Origin: Thermoanaerobaculia bacterium
Lineage (GTDB): Bacteria > Acidobacteriota > Thermoanaerobaculia > UBA5066
Length of the DNA: 64,000 nucleotides
Assembly (NCBI GenBank): GCA_963816185.1
Contig: CAWFJJ010000028.1
Location: 352,001 to 416,000 of the forward strand
Direction: 5' to 3'
The notes below the pieces were generated by a model. It searched no databases, was not told the DNA's origin, and was given only the letters and a program-made list of their open reading frames with translations. The position numbers were made by a program, and so were the translations under genes. Shown piece by piece: positions 48,635 to 58,369 of the stretch. Position 1 is the first letter of the stretch; each line of letters begins with the position of its first letter.

Positions 48635-51190
48635 ATGCAACGCACCGCGACGGCGACCACGAAGGCCGACGAAATCCTCAGGATCGAGGCGAAGTGGCGC
48701 GACCGCTGGGAGGCGGACCGCGCCGCATTCGTGGATACGACGAAGCCCGCGGGGGACGGAACATACCTCCTCGTCATGCTTCCTTATCCCTCGGGCGACC
48801 GCCTGCACGTCGGGCACGCGCGCACATATTTCCTGACCGACGCGCTCCAGCGCTTCCTGCGCCAGACGGGCGTGACCGTGTTCTGCCCGATGGGCTGGGA
48901 CGCGTTCGGCCTGCCTGCCGAGAACTACGCGATCCAGAAGGGCATCCATCCGCGCACCTCCACGCTCGCGAACATCGCGGCCATGAAGGAGCAGTTCCGG
49001 ACGTGGGGCGTTCTTTACGACTGGACGAAGGAAGTCACGACCTGCGAGCCCGAGTACTACCGCTGGAACCAGTGGTTCTTCCTGAGGCTCCTCGAAAAAG
49101 GCCTGGCGGTCCGCAGGAAGGCCGCGGTGAACTGGTGCCCGTCGTGCGAGACCGTCCTCGCGAACGAGCAGGCCGAGGGCGGCGTCTGCGACCGGTGCGG
49201 CACTGCGGTGGTGCCCCGCGAGCTCGAGCAGTGGTTCCTGAAGATCACCGACTACGCCGAGCGCCTGCTGGACGGCCTCGACACGCTCCGCAAATGGCCC
49301 GAGAAGGTCGTCACGATGCAGCGCAACTGGATCGGCAAATCCACGGGCGCCGATCTGGATTTCGCGATCCCGAAGCTGAACGAGACGGTCCGCGTCTTCA
49401 CGACGCGCCCGGACACCGTCTTCGGCGCCACGGCGCTCATCCTCGCGCCCGAGCACGCGCTCGTCCCGCGCCTTCTCGAGGGCCATCCGAAGCGGGCCGA
49501 GCTGGAGGCCTGGGTCAATTCCGTGCGCAGCCAGGAGCGCATCGTCCGCGAGGCCGAGGGAGCCGAGAAGGACGGCCGCGACACCGGCCGCACGGCGATC
49601 AACCCCTTCACGGGGAAGGAAGTGCCCGTGTGGCTCGCGAACTTCGTCATCGCCGACTACGGCACGGGCGCGCTCATGGCGGTACCCGCGCACGACACGC
49701 GCGACTTCGAGTTCGCGAAGAAGTACGGCATCCCCATCGTCAGGGTGATCGAAGAGGGGAAGAGAGAAAAGAAGGAAGATTTGCTTAGAAAGGAAGAGGG
49801 GGAGGGCGCAGCGGCGGCCAGCGGCGACGCGGCTTTGACAGGCCTTCCATACACGGGCGAGGGCCCGCTCATTGCCTCCGGACCATTCACAGGAATCTTC
49901 TCTTCTCTTGCCCGAGAATTCATCGCAGCCGATGCCGCGAATCGCGGCATCGGCGGGCCGCGCGTGCGGTATCGGCTCCGCGACTGGCTCATTTCGCGTC
50001 AGCGCTACTGGGGCACGCCGATTCCCATGATCCACTGCGAGAAGGATGGCTGGGTGAGTGTGCCGGAGAAGGACCTGCCGGTCGTGCTGCCGCCTGACGC
50101 GCCGTTCACGGGCAAGGGCGGCAATCCGCTCGAGAAGGTCGCTTCGTTCGTCCAGACGACGTGCCCTTCGTGCGGAGGCCCGGCCAGGCGCGAGACGGAC
50201 ACGATGGACACGTTCGTGGACTCGTCCTGGTATTTCCTCCGGTACATTGACCCGAAGAACGGCGCGGCGCCCTTCGATCCCGCAATCGTGAGGGAATGGG
50301 CGCCGGTCGACCAGTACATCGGCGGCATCGAGCACGCGATCCTCCACCTCCTGTACGCGCGGTTCTTCACCCGCATCCTGAAGGACCTCGGCCTCGTGAC
50401 GTTCGAGGAGCCGTTTTCGGCTCTCTTCAACCAGGGCATGATCACGCGCCTGTCCCCGACGGGCCGCGTGGAGAAAATGTCGAAGTCGCGGGGCAACTCG
50501 GTGTCTCTCGACTCGCTCATCGCGGAGAAGGGAGCCGACGCCGTGCGCGCGTTCGTCCTCTTCCTCGGGCCGCCGGAGAAGGACGCCGAGTGGAGCGACG
50601 AGGGCATCAGCGGGCCGGAGCGCTTCCTCTGGCGCGTGCGGGGCGCCGTGGACCGGTTCCTCGCGACGGGCGCCGATCCGCAAGCACAGCCGGCGGCGGC
50701 CGACACGCCCGCGGCGCGCGCGCGCCACATGGCGATCAAGAAGGTCACGGAGGACTTCCGGGCGTTCTCGTTCCACACGGCCGTGGCGCACCTCATGGAG
50801 CTGCTCAACGGCGCGGCGGTCCTCGTGAACGACGCGGGCGCGGACGCGGGGGAGACCGCGACGACGCTGCGCACGCTCGTCACGCTCCTCCATCCCATCG
50901 CGCCGCACCTGTCGGAGGAGCTGCACGAGAGGATGGGCGGCACGAAGAGCCTCCTTGCCTCGGGCTGGCCGACCTACGATCCGGCGCTCGCCGAGATGGA
51001 AGAGGCTTCGATCGCCGTGCAGGTGTCGGGGAAGGTGCGTGCCGAGATCAAGCTGAGAAGAGGATCTTCCGAGAAAGAGGCGCTGGCCGCCGCCCAGGCT
51101 GAGGCGGCGCTCTCGCGGTGGCTGGAAGGAAAGCAGATCGTCAAAACCATCTGGGTTCAGGATCGACTGTTGAACATCGTCGTGCGATGA
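48635..51190 (+). CDS. leuS: Leucine--tRNA ligase
   Basis: [59 protein letters not shown]. Confidence 0.97.
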   Translation: MQRTATATTKADEILRIEAKWRDRWEADRAAFVDTTKPAGDGTYLLVMLPYPSGDRLHVGHARTYFLTDALQRFLRQTGVTVFCPMGWDAFGLPAENYAIQKGIHPRTSTLANIAAMKEQFRTWGVLYDWTKEVTTCEPEYYRWNQWFFLRLLEKGLAVRRKAAVNWCPSCETVLANEQAEGGVCDRCGTAVVPRELEQWFLKITDYAERLLDGLDTLRKWPEKVVTMQRNWIGKSTGADLDFAIPKLNETVRVFTTRPDTVFGATALILAPEHALVPRLLEGHPKRAELEAWVNSVRSQERIVREAEGAEKDGRDTGRTAINPFTGKEVPVWLANFVIADYGTGALMAVPAHDTRDFEFAKKYGIPIVRVIEEGKREKKEDLLRKEEGEGAAAASGDAALTGLPYTGEGPLIASGPFTGIFSSLAREFIAADAANRGIGGPRVRYRLRDWLISRQRYWGTPIPMIHCEKDGWVSVPEKDLPVVLPPDAPFTGKGGNPLEKVASFVQTTCPSCGGPARRETDTMDTFVDSSWYFLRYIDPKNGAAPFDPAIVREWAPVDQYIGGIEHAILHLLYARFFTRILKDLGLVTFEEPFSALFNQGMITRLSPTGRVEKMSKSRGNSVSLDSLIAEKGADAVRAFVLFLGPPEKDAEWSDEGISGPERFLWRVRGAVDRFLATGADPQAQPAAADTPAARARHMAIKKVTEDFRAFSFHTAVAHLMELLNGAAVLVNDAGADAGETATTLRTLVTLLHPIAPHLSEELHERMGGTKSLLASGWPTYDPALAEMEEASIAVQVSGKVRAEIKLRRGSSEKEALAAAQAEAALSRWLEGKQIVKTIWVQDRLLNIVVR
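49751..49800. repeat. Module C purine tract inside leuS (encodes [16 protein letters not shown])
   Basis: Purine tract containing GAAGATTTGCTTAGAAAG; shared with ileS and with the reverse complement of 58538-58575. Confidence 0.75.
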
Positions 51191-51194
51191 GGAG

Positions 51195-51896
51195 ATGCTG
51201 CTTTCGGATTTTTCTGATATGCGGCGGCGGCTGATGCAGCCGCCGATGGATGGCAACGTGCCCTCGGCTGGCCGGAGTCAAGGGTCTTCGACCGCTACGC
51301 GGCGCGCGAAGCGCGCCCTTGACACCGACCAGCCGAGAGCTATCCCTCTCTCTTTTTCCTTCAAAGAAATCTCTCTTTCTTCTCTTTCCTTTCTTGTCTT
51401 TCTTGCCTTCGCTGCCTCTTCGTCCGGCTGCGGGTACACGCTCGTGGGGACCGGGTCGAGCGCGGTGCCCGTCGGCGTCAAGACGGTATACGTGCCGACG
51501 TTCATCAATGAGACGACGGTCGTGGGCCTCGAGCAGCGCCTCACGGACGCCGTCATTCGCGAGCTTTCCGCGCGTGGCCGTCTCAAGCCCGTGTCGGACA
51601 GGGGGGCGGCGGATTCGGAGCTGTCCGGGCAGCTGACATCCGCGTCGGTCGCCCCCGTCCGCTTCGACGCGAACGGAATCGCCGTCGAATATCAGGTGAC
51701 CGTTACCGGAAAGATCGTTCTCACCGAGAAGGCCACCGACAAGCCCATCTTCTCCGAGCCCGCTTACCTGTTCCGGCAGCCATACACCGTGCCGTCGAGC
51801 GCCAGCTCGTATTACGACCGAGAGCGCGAGGCCATCGAGGCGATGGCCCGCCCCTTCGCGCAGAACCTCGTCACGACGATCCTGGAAGGATTCTGA
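51195..51896 (+). CDS. lptE: LPS-assembly lipoprotein LptE with a repeat-derived long signal region
   Basis: SGCGY at 51423-51437, 'VYVPTFINET..GLEQRLTDAV', position after leuS. Confidence 0.85.
   Translation: MLLSDFSDMRRRLMQPPMDGNVPSAGRSQGSSTATRRAKRALDTDQPRAIPLSFSFKEISLSSLSFLVFLAFAASSSGCGYTLVGTGSSAVPVGVKTVYVPTFINETTVVGLEQRLTDAVIRELSARGRLKPVSDRGAADSELSGQLTSASVAPVRFDANGIAVEYQVTVTGKIVLTEKATDKPIFSEPAYLFRQPYTVPSSASSYYDREREAIEAMARPFAQNLVTTILEGF
51211..51410. repeat. Composite palindromic repeat copy 2: A (51222-51245), inverted B (51263-51337), pyrimidine tract C
   Basis: TTCTGATATGCGGCGGCGGC-tgat-GCAGCCGCCG; GTCAAGGG...CCCTTGAC with the loop reverse-complemented relative to copies 1 and 4; TTCAAAGAAATCTCT. 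Confidence 0.9.
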
Positions 51897-52089
51897 AAAA
51901 GGCGCGAGGAAACGTATCGGTTTCGCGGCGGCTGGTTTCTTGCCGATATCGAGTCTCACTCACATTCAGGATACAATGGCAGATGTTGAGAGGGAGTGAC
52001 GTCGCTCGTCTCCCTCCGTCGCGGGATTGCTGTCGCGTATTTGGGTAGCCAAACGGCGCGCGACCCGCTCCCCCTCATAGGGGGTCGTC

Positions 52090-54571
52090 TTGCGCGATAT
52101 CACGCTGCGAGAGCGGGCCGACGAATCGATTGAGAAGCTCGTCCGCGCCGTGGAGCAGGCGAAGAACGTCATCCTCATGACAGACCCGAACGGGACCATC
52201 ACGTACGTCAATCCCGCTTTCGAGGAGATCTACGGCTATTCCATGCAGGAGGCGCTCGGCAAGACGCCACGGATCCTGAAGAGCGGCCAACACGACAAGG
52301 ATTTCTACAAACGTTTCTGGCAGAGGCTGCTGGCCGGCGAAACGGTGCGAGAGCAGTTCGTCAACAAGACCCGAGATGGCCGGCTCGTCACCGTGGAAGG
52401 TCTCGTCAGTCCCGTCCTCGATGCCCAGGGGCAGCGCAGCGGTTTCATCGCCGTGCAGGAGGACATCACCGAGCGAAAGCGCTCCGAAGCGCGGATTCTG
52501 CAGCTCAACCGCCTCCTCAGGACGATCTCCGAGGTCAATCAGCTCATCGTCCGTGCGCAGGACCGCGCGGCTCTTCTCTCGGAGGCCTGTCGTGTTCTCG
52601 TGGACCACGGCGGCTTCGAGTTGGTCTGGATCGGTTTCGTCGACGCCGCGTCACAGGTTGTCGTTCCCGCGGCGCGAGCAGGTGTACGCCCCGAGTACCT
52701 CGCTGGAATCGTCGTCCGGTGCGACGACACGCCGGAGGGGCGAGGACCGGTGGGCACGGCGATCCGGACGGGACGGTTCGCCGTCGTGGAAGACGTCGAA
52801 ACGGATCCGTCGGCTGCTCCCTGGCGCGAGCGAATGCTCGCGTACGGGTTCAAGACCGTCGCGGCTTTTCCTATTCGGAGCGGGGGCGCCGTGAGGGGCG
52901 CTCTCGGGGTGTACGCCTCGAAAGCTGTTGAGATCGGCCACGAGGAAACGACTCTCCTCGACGAGCTCGCGCACGACATCGGTTTTGCGCTCCAATCGCT
53001 CGAGAACCGCGACGAGCGGCGTCGGGCCGAGGAGGCCCTGGCAAGAAGCGAGCTCTACTTTCGATCTCTCTTCGAGAACGCACAGGACATCATTACGGTC
53101 ATCGACGCCGGGGGACTGATCCTCTTCGAGAGCCCGTCCGTCGAGCGGATCATGGGGCTTCCGCCGGACGCGTACGTTGGAAAGAGCGCGTTCGAGTTCG
53201 TCCATCCCGACGACGTGGCCGCCGTTCAGGCCGCCCTGCAGCGCGCCTCCGCCAACCCGGGGCTGCCCCAGTCCGCACTGTTTCGCTTTCGCCACGCCGA
53301 CGGCTCCTGGAGGACCCTCGAGGGGATCGGCAGCCTCCTGACGGGCGAATCTTCTTTCCGGTTCGTGGTGAACTCCCGTGACGTGACCGAAAGCCGCGCC
53401 CTGGAGCAGCAGCTTCGGCAGGCACAGAAGATGGAGGCCGTCGGGCGGCTTGCGGGCGGAGTGGCGCACGACTTCAACAACCTGCTGACCGCGATCCTGG
53501 GCTATTCGGACCTGCTGGCGGGGCAGGCCGGCGAGGGGAGCCCGCTGCGGGAATCCATCGAGGAGATCCGAAAAGCGGGGGAACGGGCCGCTTCGCTCAC
53601 TCGGCAGCTCCTGGCCTTCAGCCGCAAGCAGGTTCTGGAGCCCGTGGTGCTGCGGTTGAACGACCTGGTCGAAAACGTCGAGAAAATGCTGCGGCGCGTG
53701 ATCGGAGAGGACGTACGGCTGGTCACGCGTCTGGGCGACTCCGTGGGCAACGTCCGGGCGGATCCGGGACAGCTCGAGCAGGTGATCGTGAACCTCGCCG
53801 TCAACGCCCGTGACGCCATGCCGAAGGGCGGCACGCTGACGATCGAGACGGCCGATGTCGAGCTGGACGGCGTCTACGCGCAGAGACACGCCATGGTTCC
53901 TCCCGGCCGCTACACGATGCTGGCGGTCAGCGACACGGGCGTCGGGATGGATGCGGCCACGCAGGAGAGGATCTTCGAGCCCTTCTTCACGACGAAGGAG
54001 AAGGGCAAGGGCACGGGCCTCGGGCTCTCGATGGTATACGGCATCGTCAAGCAGTCAGGGGGATACATCTGGGTCTACAGCGAACCGGGGAAGGGGACGA
54101 CCTTCAAGGTGTATCTGCCGACGGTCGGGGAAGGCGGTCTCGGATCTTCCAGCGAGATCCGCGGAGTTTCATCCGGCCGTCGGAGCCGAAACGGTCCTGC
54201 TCGTCGAGGACGAGCCGGCGATCCGCACTCTCGCCCGCCGGGTTCTCGTGGAGCGCGGCTACCGCGTGCTCGAGGCGGGCAGCGGGACGGACGCCCTGGA
54301 ACAGGTCCGCGCAGAAAAGGGGCCGATTCACCTGCTCCTCACGGACCTCGGGATGCCGGACATGGGCGGAATGGAGGTCGCATCCGGCGTGCAAGAGCTT
54401 CATCCAGACATCCGCGTGCTCTTCATGTCCGGGTATACCGACGACGGGGTGGTCCGCAACGGGCTCCTCGAACCGAGACGGGCTTTCCTGCAGAAGCCCT
54501 TCACGCCGTCCGCCCTTGCGCGCAAGGTGCGCGAGGTGCTGGACGCGCCTGAGCAAGGCTCGGCCGCCTGA
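52090..54571 (+). CDS. PAS-GAF-PAS hybrid histidine kinase with receiver domain (CckA-like); frameshift near 54150
   Basis: [39 protein letters not shown]; the receiver (VLLVEDE, LLTD, QKPF) is in ORF 53855..54571. Confidence 0.9.
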
Positions 54572-54575
54572 GCAC

Positions 54576-55124
54576 TCACTTCCCGGCAGGGCGGGGGCTG
54601 CCTGTTTCCAGAAAGTTCTTGAGCCTTCCCACCTGCTCGCCGACCACTTCGTCCACGATCGGCGCGATCTTCTCGAATCCTCCCGCCATATAGCCGCCGA
54701 TGCCGTACGTGACCACGAGCTTCGTGCCATCTTCGGCTTTCGCGAGGTCCCACGTCATGCTCCCGGCGAGCCCCAGGCCCTGAAGGGGGCCGATGGCGCC
54801 GGTCATGCGCAGCGCCTTGCCCGGGCCTGCGTAGACGACGGTCATGTGCTGGACCCCGCCGCCGTCCGGGAACCTCTCGCAAAAGCAGCCGCCCGGAACG
54901 GCGGCGATCGAGAGGTTCCTGGCATCGTGTGAAAACGTGTGCTCCGGATTCCACCAGCTCCCTACCTTCGCGGTGAGCGTGTCGTAGACGACTCCGGGGG
55001 TGGCCTTGATCGCGACTTCGTGCTTCACGGCGAAACCGCTCGGGCCGACGCTCATGACTTCCGCGGAAAGGGGCGCGGAGAGAAGCGCCACCGCGCAGAC
55101 CAGAATGGATGGAAGTTCTTTCAT
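54576..55124 (-). CDS. Secreted SRPBCC/START-fold protein
   Basis: Signal peptide, 'WWNPEHTFS...GGCFCE...LRMTGAIGPLQ'. Confidence 0.75.
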   Translation of the reverse strand: MKELPSILVCAVALLSAPLSAEVMSVGPSGFAVKHEVAIKATPGVVYDTLTAKVGSWWNPEHTFSHDARNLSIAAVPGGCFCERFPDGGGVQHMTVVYAGPGKALRMTGAIGPLQGLGLAGSMTWDLAKAEDGTKLVVTYGIGGYMAGGFEKIAPIVDEVVGEQVGRLKNFLETGSPRPAGK

Positions 55125-55166
55125 TTCTGATATTCGGGGCTGCTGATGCAGCCCCGATAGTAGAAA
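55124..55166. repeat. Repeat copy 3: hairpin A only (55134-55157)
   Basis: TTTCTGATAT-TCGGGGCTGC-tgat-GCAGCCCCGA-TAG. Confidence 0.85.
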
Positions 55167-55183
55167 CTCTTCTCGCGAGAGCT

Positions 55184-55459
55184 TTATTTCGCGGCGGCTT
55201 TTTTCGCCTTGTTCACGGTCTTCGAAATCCGCGATTTCAGGCGGGACGCCGTCTTCCTGTGGAGGACGCCTTTGCGGACGGCGACGTCGAGCTCGGAGAC
55301 CGCGTTCGAGAGGAAGCTGCCGACCTTTTCGGCGTCGGTTTCCGCCGTCCTGCGGAGATTCTTCACGACGTTGCGGACCTGGGTGACGACGGAGCGGTTG
55401 CGGGCCCGGCGGCGGTCGCTCTGCGCGGCGCGCTTCTTGGCTTGCTTGGTGTTCGCCAT
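55184..55459 (-). CDS. rpsT: 30S ribosomal protein S20
   Basis: MANTKQAKKR...RRARN...KGVLHRKTASRLKSR. Confidence 0.96.
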   Translation of the reverse strand: MANTKQAKKRAAQSDRRRARNRSVVTQVRNVVKNLRRTAETDAEKVGSFLSNAVSELDVAVRKGVLHRKTASRLKSRISKTVNKAKKAAAK

Positions 55460-55492
55460 GTGGTTTCGATGAGGCCTTTCTCTGGAGAGCGT

Positions 55493-56341
55493 TCAGCGGG
55501 AATCGCCGCCGAGGGACTTGAGGCGCTGACGCGCGCTCTTGGCCTCGTCGGAGCCGGGGAACTGGTTGACGACGAAGTTCAGCTCGACCATGGCCTGGGC
55601 CTTCTCGCCGAGCTCGAGATGGGCGATTCCCTTTTTGAGGTGCGCAGCCGGGGCTTTGTCGCTCTGCGGATACGTGCGAAACAGCTTGTCGAACGAGGCG
55701 ATCGCCTCGCGCGGCTTCTTCTGCGCGGACCAGCACTCTCCGGCCCAGTAGAGGGCGTCGTCGGAGAGATCGGTGCGCGGGAACTTCTCGGCGTAGTCCT
55801 CGAAACCCTGCCGCGCGAGATCGTATCGGCCGCGCTGATAGTCGGCCGTAGCCTGCGCGAAGAGGTCCGCCGGCGTGATACCTCCCCCGCGCGGGCCCGC
55901 GGCCGCCGGGACGGGACCGGCAGAGGACGGAGGCGGACCCTGCGGACCCGGAGAGGTCGCCGGCGGGGCGATCACGGCCCCGGCGAAGGGATGCCCCTGC
56001 GTCTCGGCGATCTGCTGGGAGAGCTGCGTGAGGCGCCGGTTCGCATCCTCGAGCTTCCCGGCGAGGGCCTGCATCTCGCGCGTCAGGTCGTCGAACCTCG
56101 TGCCCAGATCGGCGTTCGAGCGGAGGAGCGTCTGCGCCTGCTTGGCCAGGGTCTCGTTCAGCTTCGCAACCTCCTCCTTGGAGGAAGACTGCTTCGAGAC
56201 GGCGTCGACTTTCTTCTCGACCGTCGAAAGGTGCTGGTGAAGGCCGTCGATGTCGCTGCCGCTGACGCAGCCGGTCACCGCCGCGAGAAGTCCCGCGGTC
56301 AGGGCAAGGCGGCCGGCTCGCGTGACGCGCGGGCGGGTCAC
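55493..56341 (-). CDS. cpoB: Tol-Pal system protein YbgF/CpoB
   Basis: Lipoprotein signal (VTGC), coiled coil, TPR (ALYWAGE, YPQSDK, AHLKKG); lies after pal. Confidence 0.9.
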   Translation of the reverse strand: MTRPRVTRAGRLALTAGLLAAVTGCVSGSDIDGLHQHLSTVEKKVDAVSKQSSSKEEVAKLNETLAKQAQTLLRSNADLGTRFDDLTREMQALAGKLEDANRRLTQLSQQIAETQGHPFAGAVIAPPATSPGPQGPPPSSAGPVPAAAGPRGGGITPADLFAQATADYQRGRYDLARQGFEDYAEKFPRTDLSDDALYWAGECWSAQKKPREAIASFDKLFRTYPQSDKAPAAHLKKGIAHLELGEKAQAMVELNFVVNQFPGSDEAKSARQRLKSLGGDSR

Positions 56342-56886
56342 TTCGCGGTGACGACGAAGTGGGCGCGGCGGTTCTTCTGCCACGAGTCTTCGTCGTGCCC
56401 GGTCGCGAAGGGGCGCTCCTTGCCGTAGGACACGGTCTTGATCCGCCCCGCGTCCACGCCGAGGGAGACCAGGTAGTCCTTCGCGGCGTTCGCGCGGCGA
56501 TCGCCGAGCGCGAGGTTGTACTGCTCGGTGCCGCGCTCGTCGCAATGACCCTCGATCGTGAACTGTACGCTCGAGTACTTCTTCAGCCACGTCGCGTTCG
56601 CGGCGAGCACGTCGCGGGCGTCGGGGCGTATGTCGGCCTTGTCGTAGTCGAAGAACGCGGGCTTCAGGTAGCTCGAGATCTCGGCGAACGACCCCGCGAG
56701 CTCATCGGTGACCCTCGGCGTCGGCTGCGGAGCCGGCGGGGGAGTCTCCACGGTCACGACGGTGGGTGTCGAGACGGGTTCGGGAGTCGGCTCTGGGGCC
56801 GGCATGGGTTTTGGCTTCGGACTGCAGGCGACGATGAATGCGAGAGCGACGAGCGTGAGCGAACCGACCTTGAGGGACTGCTTCAT
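56338..56886 (-). CDS. pal: Peptidoglycan-associated lipoprotein
   Basis: IVAC lipobox, FFDYDK, IEGHCDERGTEQYNLALGDRRA, SYGKERP, NRRA. Confidence 0.96.
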   Translation of the reverse strand: MKQSLKVGSLTLVALAFIVACSPKPKPMPAPEPTPEPVSTPTVVTVETPPPAPQPTPRVTDELAGSFAEISSYLKPAFFDYDKADIRPDARDVLAANATWLKKYSSVQFTIEGHCDERGTEQYNLALGDRRANAAKDYLVSLGVDAGRIKTVSYGKERPFATGHDEDSWQKNRRAHFVVTAK

Positions 56887-56950
56887 GGAATCGAGCCTCC
56901 GTTGACGGGGGGATTGAGGGCGCCGGACGGCGACCATCCCGTCGGCGGCG

Positions 56951-58369
56951 TCATTCTAGCGTCTTGATCCACGAGGGGGAAAAATTGTTCCCGGAAGAGG
57001 TCACGATGCGGGGCGTGCCGCCGCCGTCCGCGTTTCCGACGGCGATCTGGGTCGAGCTGCCGCGCTGCACATCCCAGGCGATCTTCGATCCGTCCGGCGA
57101 CCACGTAGGGCTCTCGTGGGCGCCCGGCCCGCTCGAAATCTGCACGGTTCGCCCGGTTGCGAGGTCCATGACACAGATCTGGAAATCGCCCTCGTTCCGG
57201 CACGCGAACGCCATCCGCCCCCCGTCCGGCGAGAAAGTCGCCTCGTCGTTCCAGTTCCCGGCGAGCGAGACCCGACGCACGTTCGCACCCTCGAGGTCCA
57301 TCATGAAAATCTGGGGCGTGCCCTGGCGGTTCGACGTGAACGCCAGCTCGCGCCCGTTCGGGGACCACCGGGGCGTCGAGTCGATCGCCACGTTCTCGGT
57401 GAGCCGTTTCAGGTTCGAGCCGTCCGTCTGGACCGTGAAGATCTCGGTGTTCCCCTTCACGCTTCCGCAGAAGGCGATCGTCTTGCCGTCCGGGGAGAAG
57501 GACGGGGACGCGTTGAGCTGCGTCGGGACGCGAATCTGACGCTTGTCGCCTCCGTCCTTCCCGATGAGCCACAGGCCCGGCGTATCCTTCTCATACGACT
57601 GGTACACGATCTTCGCCCCGTCGGGAGACCAGTCCGGCGCGAGCGACAGCGTGTTCGAATAGGTGATCCGGCGCTGGTTGTCGCCGTCGAAGTCCATCGT
57701 GTAGATCTCCTTCACGACGTTCTTCCCCGCGACCCGGTCGCGGTCGGACGAAAAGGCGATCTTCGTCAGGAACGGCCCGGGTTTGCCCGTGAACTGGCGT
57801 ACGAGGTCGCTCGCGAGCGTGTGCGCGATGCGGCGCGCCGCCCGCATCTCGCCGGAGTACTTTCTGCCCATGATGGACTTGAGCGTGCTGAGATCCCAGA
57901 GAGTCGCCTCGACGACGACGCCCCCGCCGTCCGGCGCGAGGTGCGTATCGAGCAGGAACTGCGCCGACGTGGCTTTCCACGCGTCGCCCTCTTCGCGATT
58001 TTGGGGCGGGCGCATCCCCTTCGGGTAAAGAGCCGGATCGGCCACGACGAAGACGCCGGAGCCGGCGAGGTCGTCGGTGAGCGTCGTGTAGAAAGGATCC
58101 ACGGCCCGCGTCTGAAGGTCCGGCGAGATCGGCGCGACCGTCATCGGAATCGCCAGCGGCCGGCGTGCTCCGGTGGCTCCGGTGAGCGTGAGATCGATGT
58201 TCGAGGGCTGCGAGATCCCGGACATGGTCGGAACGGGCTTCGGCGCCTGGCCGAGAAGGGGCGTCGCCGCCAGAGCGAACAAGAGCGCTACGAGCGAGGA
58301 CCGGGGAGAGATATTTCTGATATTCGGGGTTCCTGATGCAGCCGCCCGGGGAAGGGATTCTTTTCTCAT
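56951..58369 (-). CDS. tolB: Tol-Pal beta-propeller protein TolB
   Basis: TolB_N (DDL..SG.F, RRIAH, F.TKIAF) plus six (W/F)SP(D/N)G-type repeats; lies upstream of pal. Confidence 0.93.
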   Translation of the reverse strand: MRKESLPRAAASGTPNIRNISPRSSLVALLFALAATPLLGQAPKPVPTMSGISQPSNIDLTLTGATGARRPLAIPMTVAPISPDLQTRAVDPFYTTLTDDLAGSGVFVVADPALYPKGMRPPQNREEGDAWKATSAQFLLDTHLAPDGGGVVVEATLWDLSTLKSIMGRKYSGEMRAARRIAHTLASDLVRQFTGKPGPFLTKIAFSSDRDRVAGKNVVKEIYTMDFDGDNQRRITYSNTLSLAPDWSPDGAKIVYQSYEKDTPGLWLIGKDGGDKRQIRVPTQLNASPSFSPDGKTIAFCGSVKGNTEIFTVQTDGSNLKRLTENVAIDSTPRWSPNGRELAFTSNRQGTPQIFMMDLEGANVRRVSLAGNWNDEATFSPDGGRMAFACRNEGDFQICVMDLATGRTVQISSGPGAHESPTWSPDGSKIAWDVQRGSSTQIAVGNADGGGTPRIVTSSGNNFSPSWIKTLE

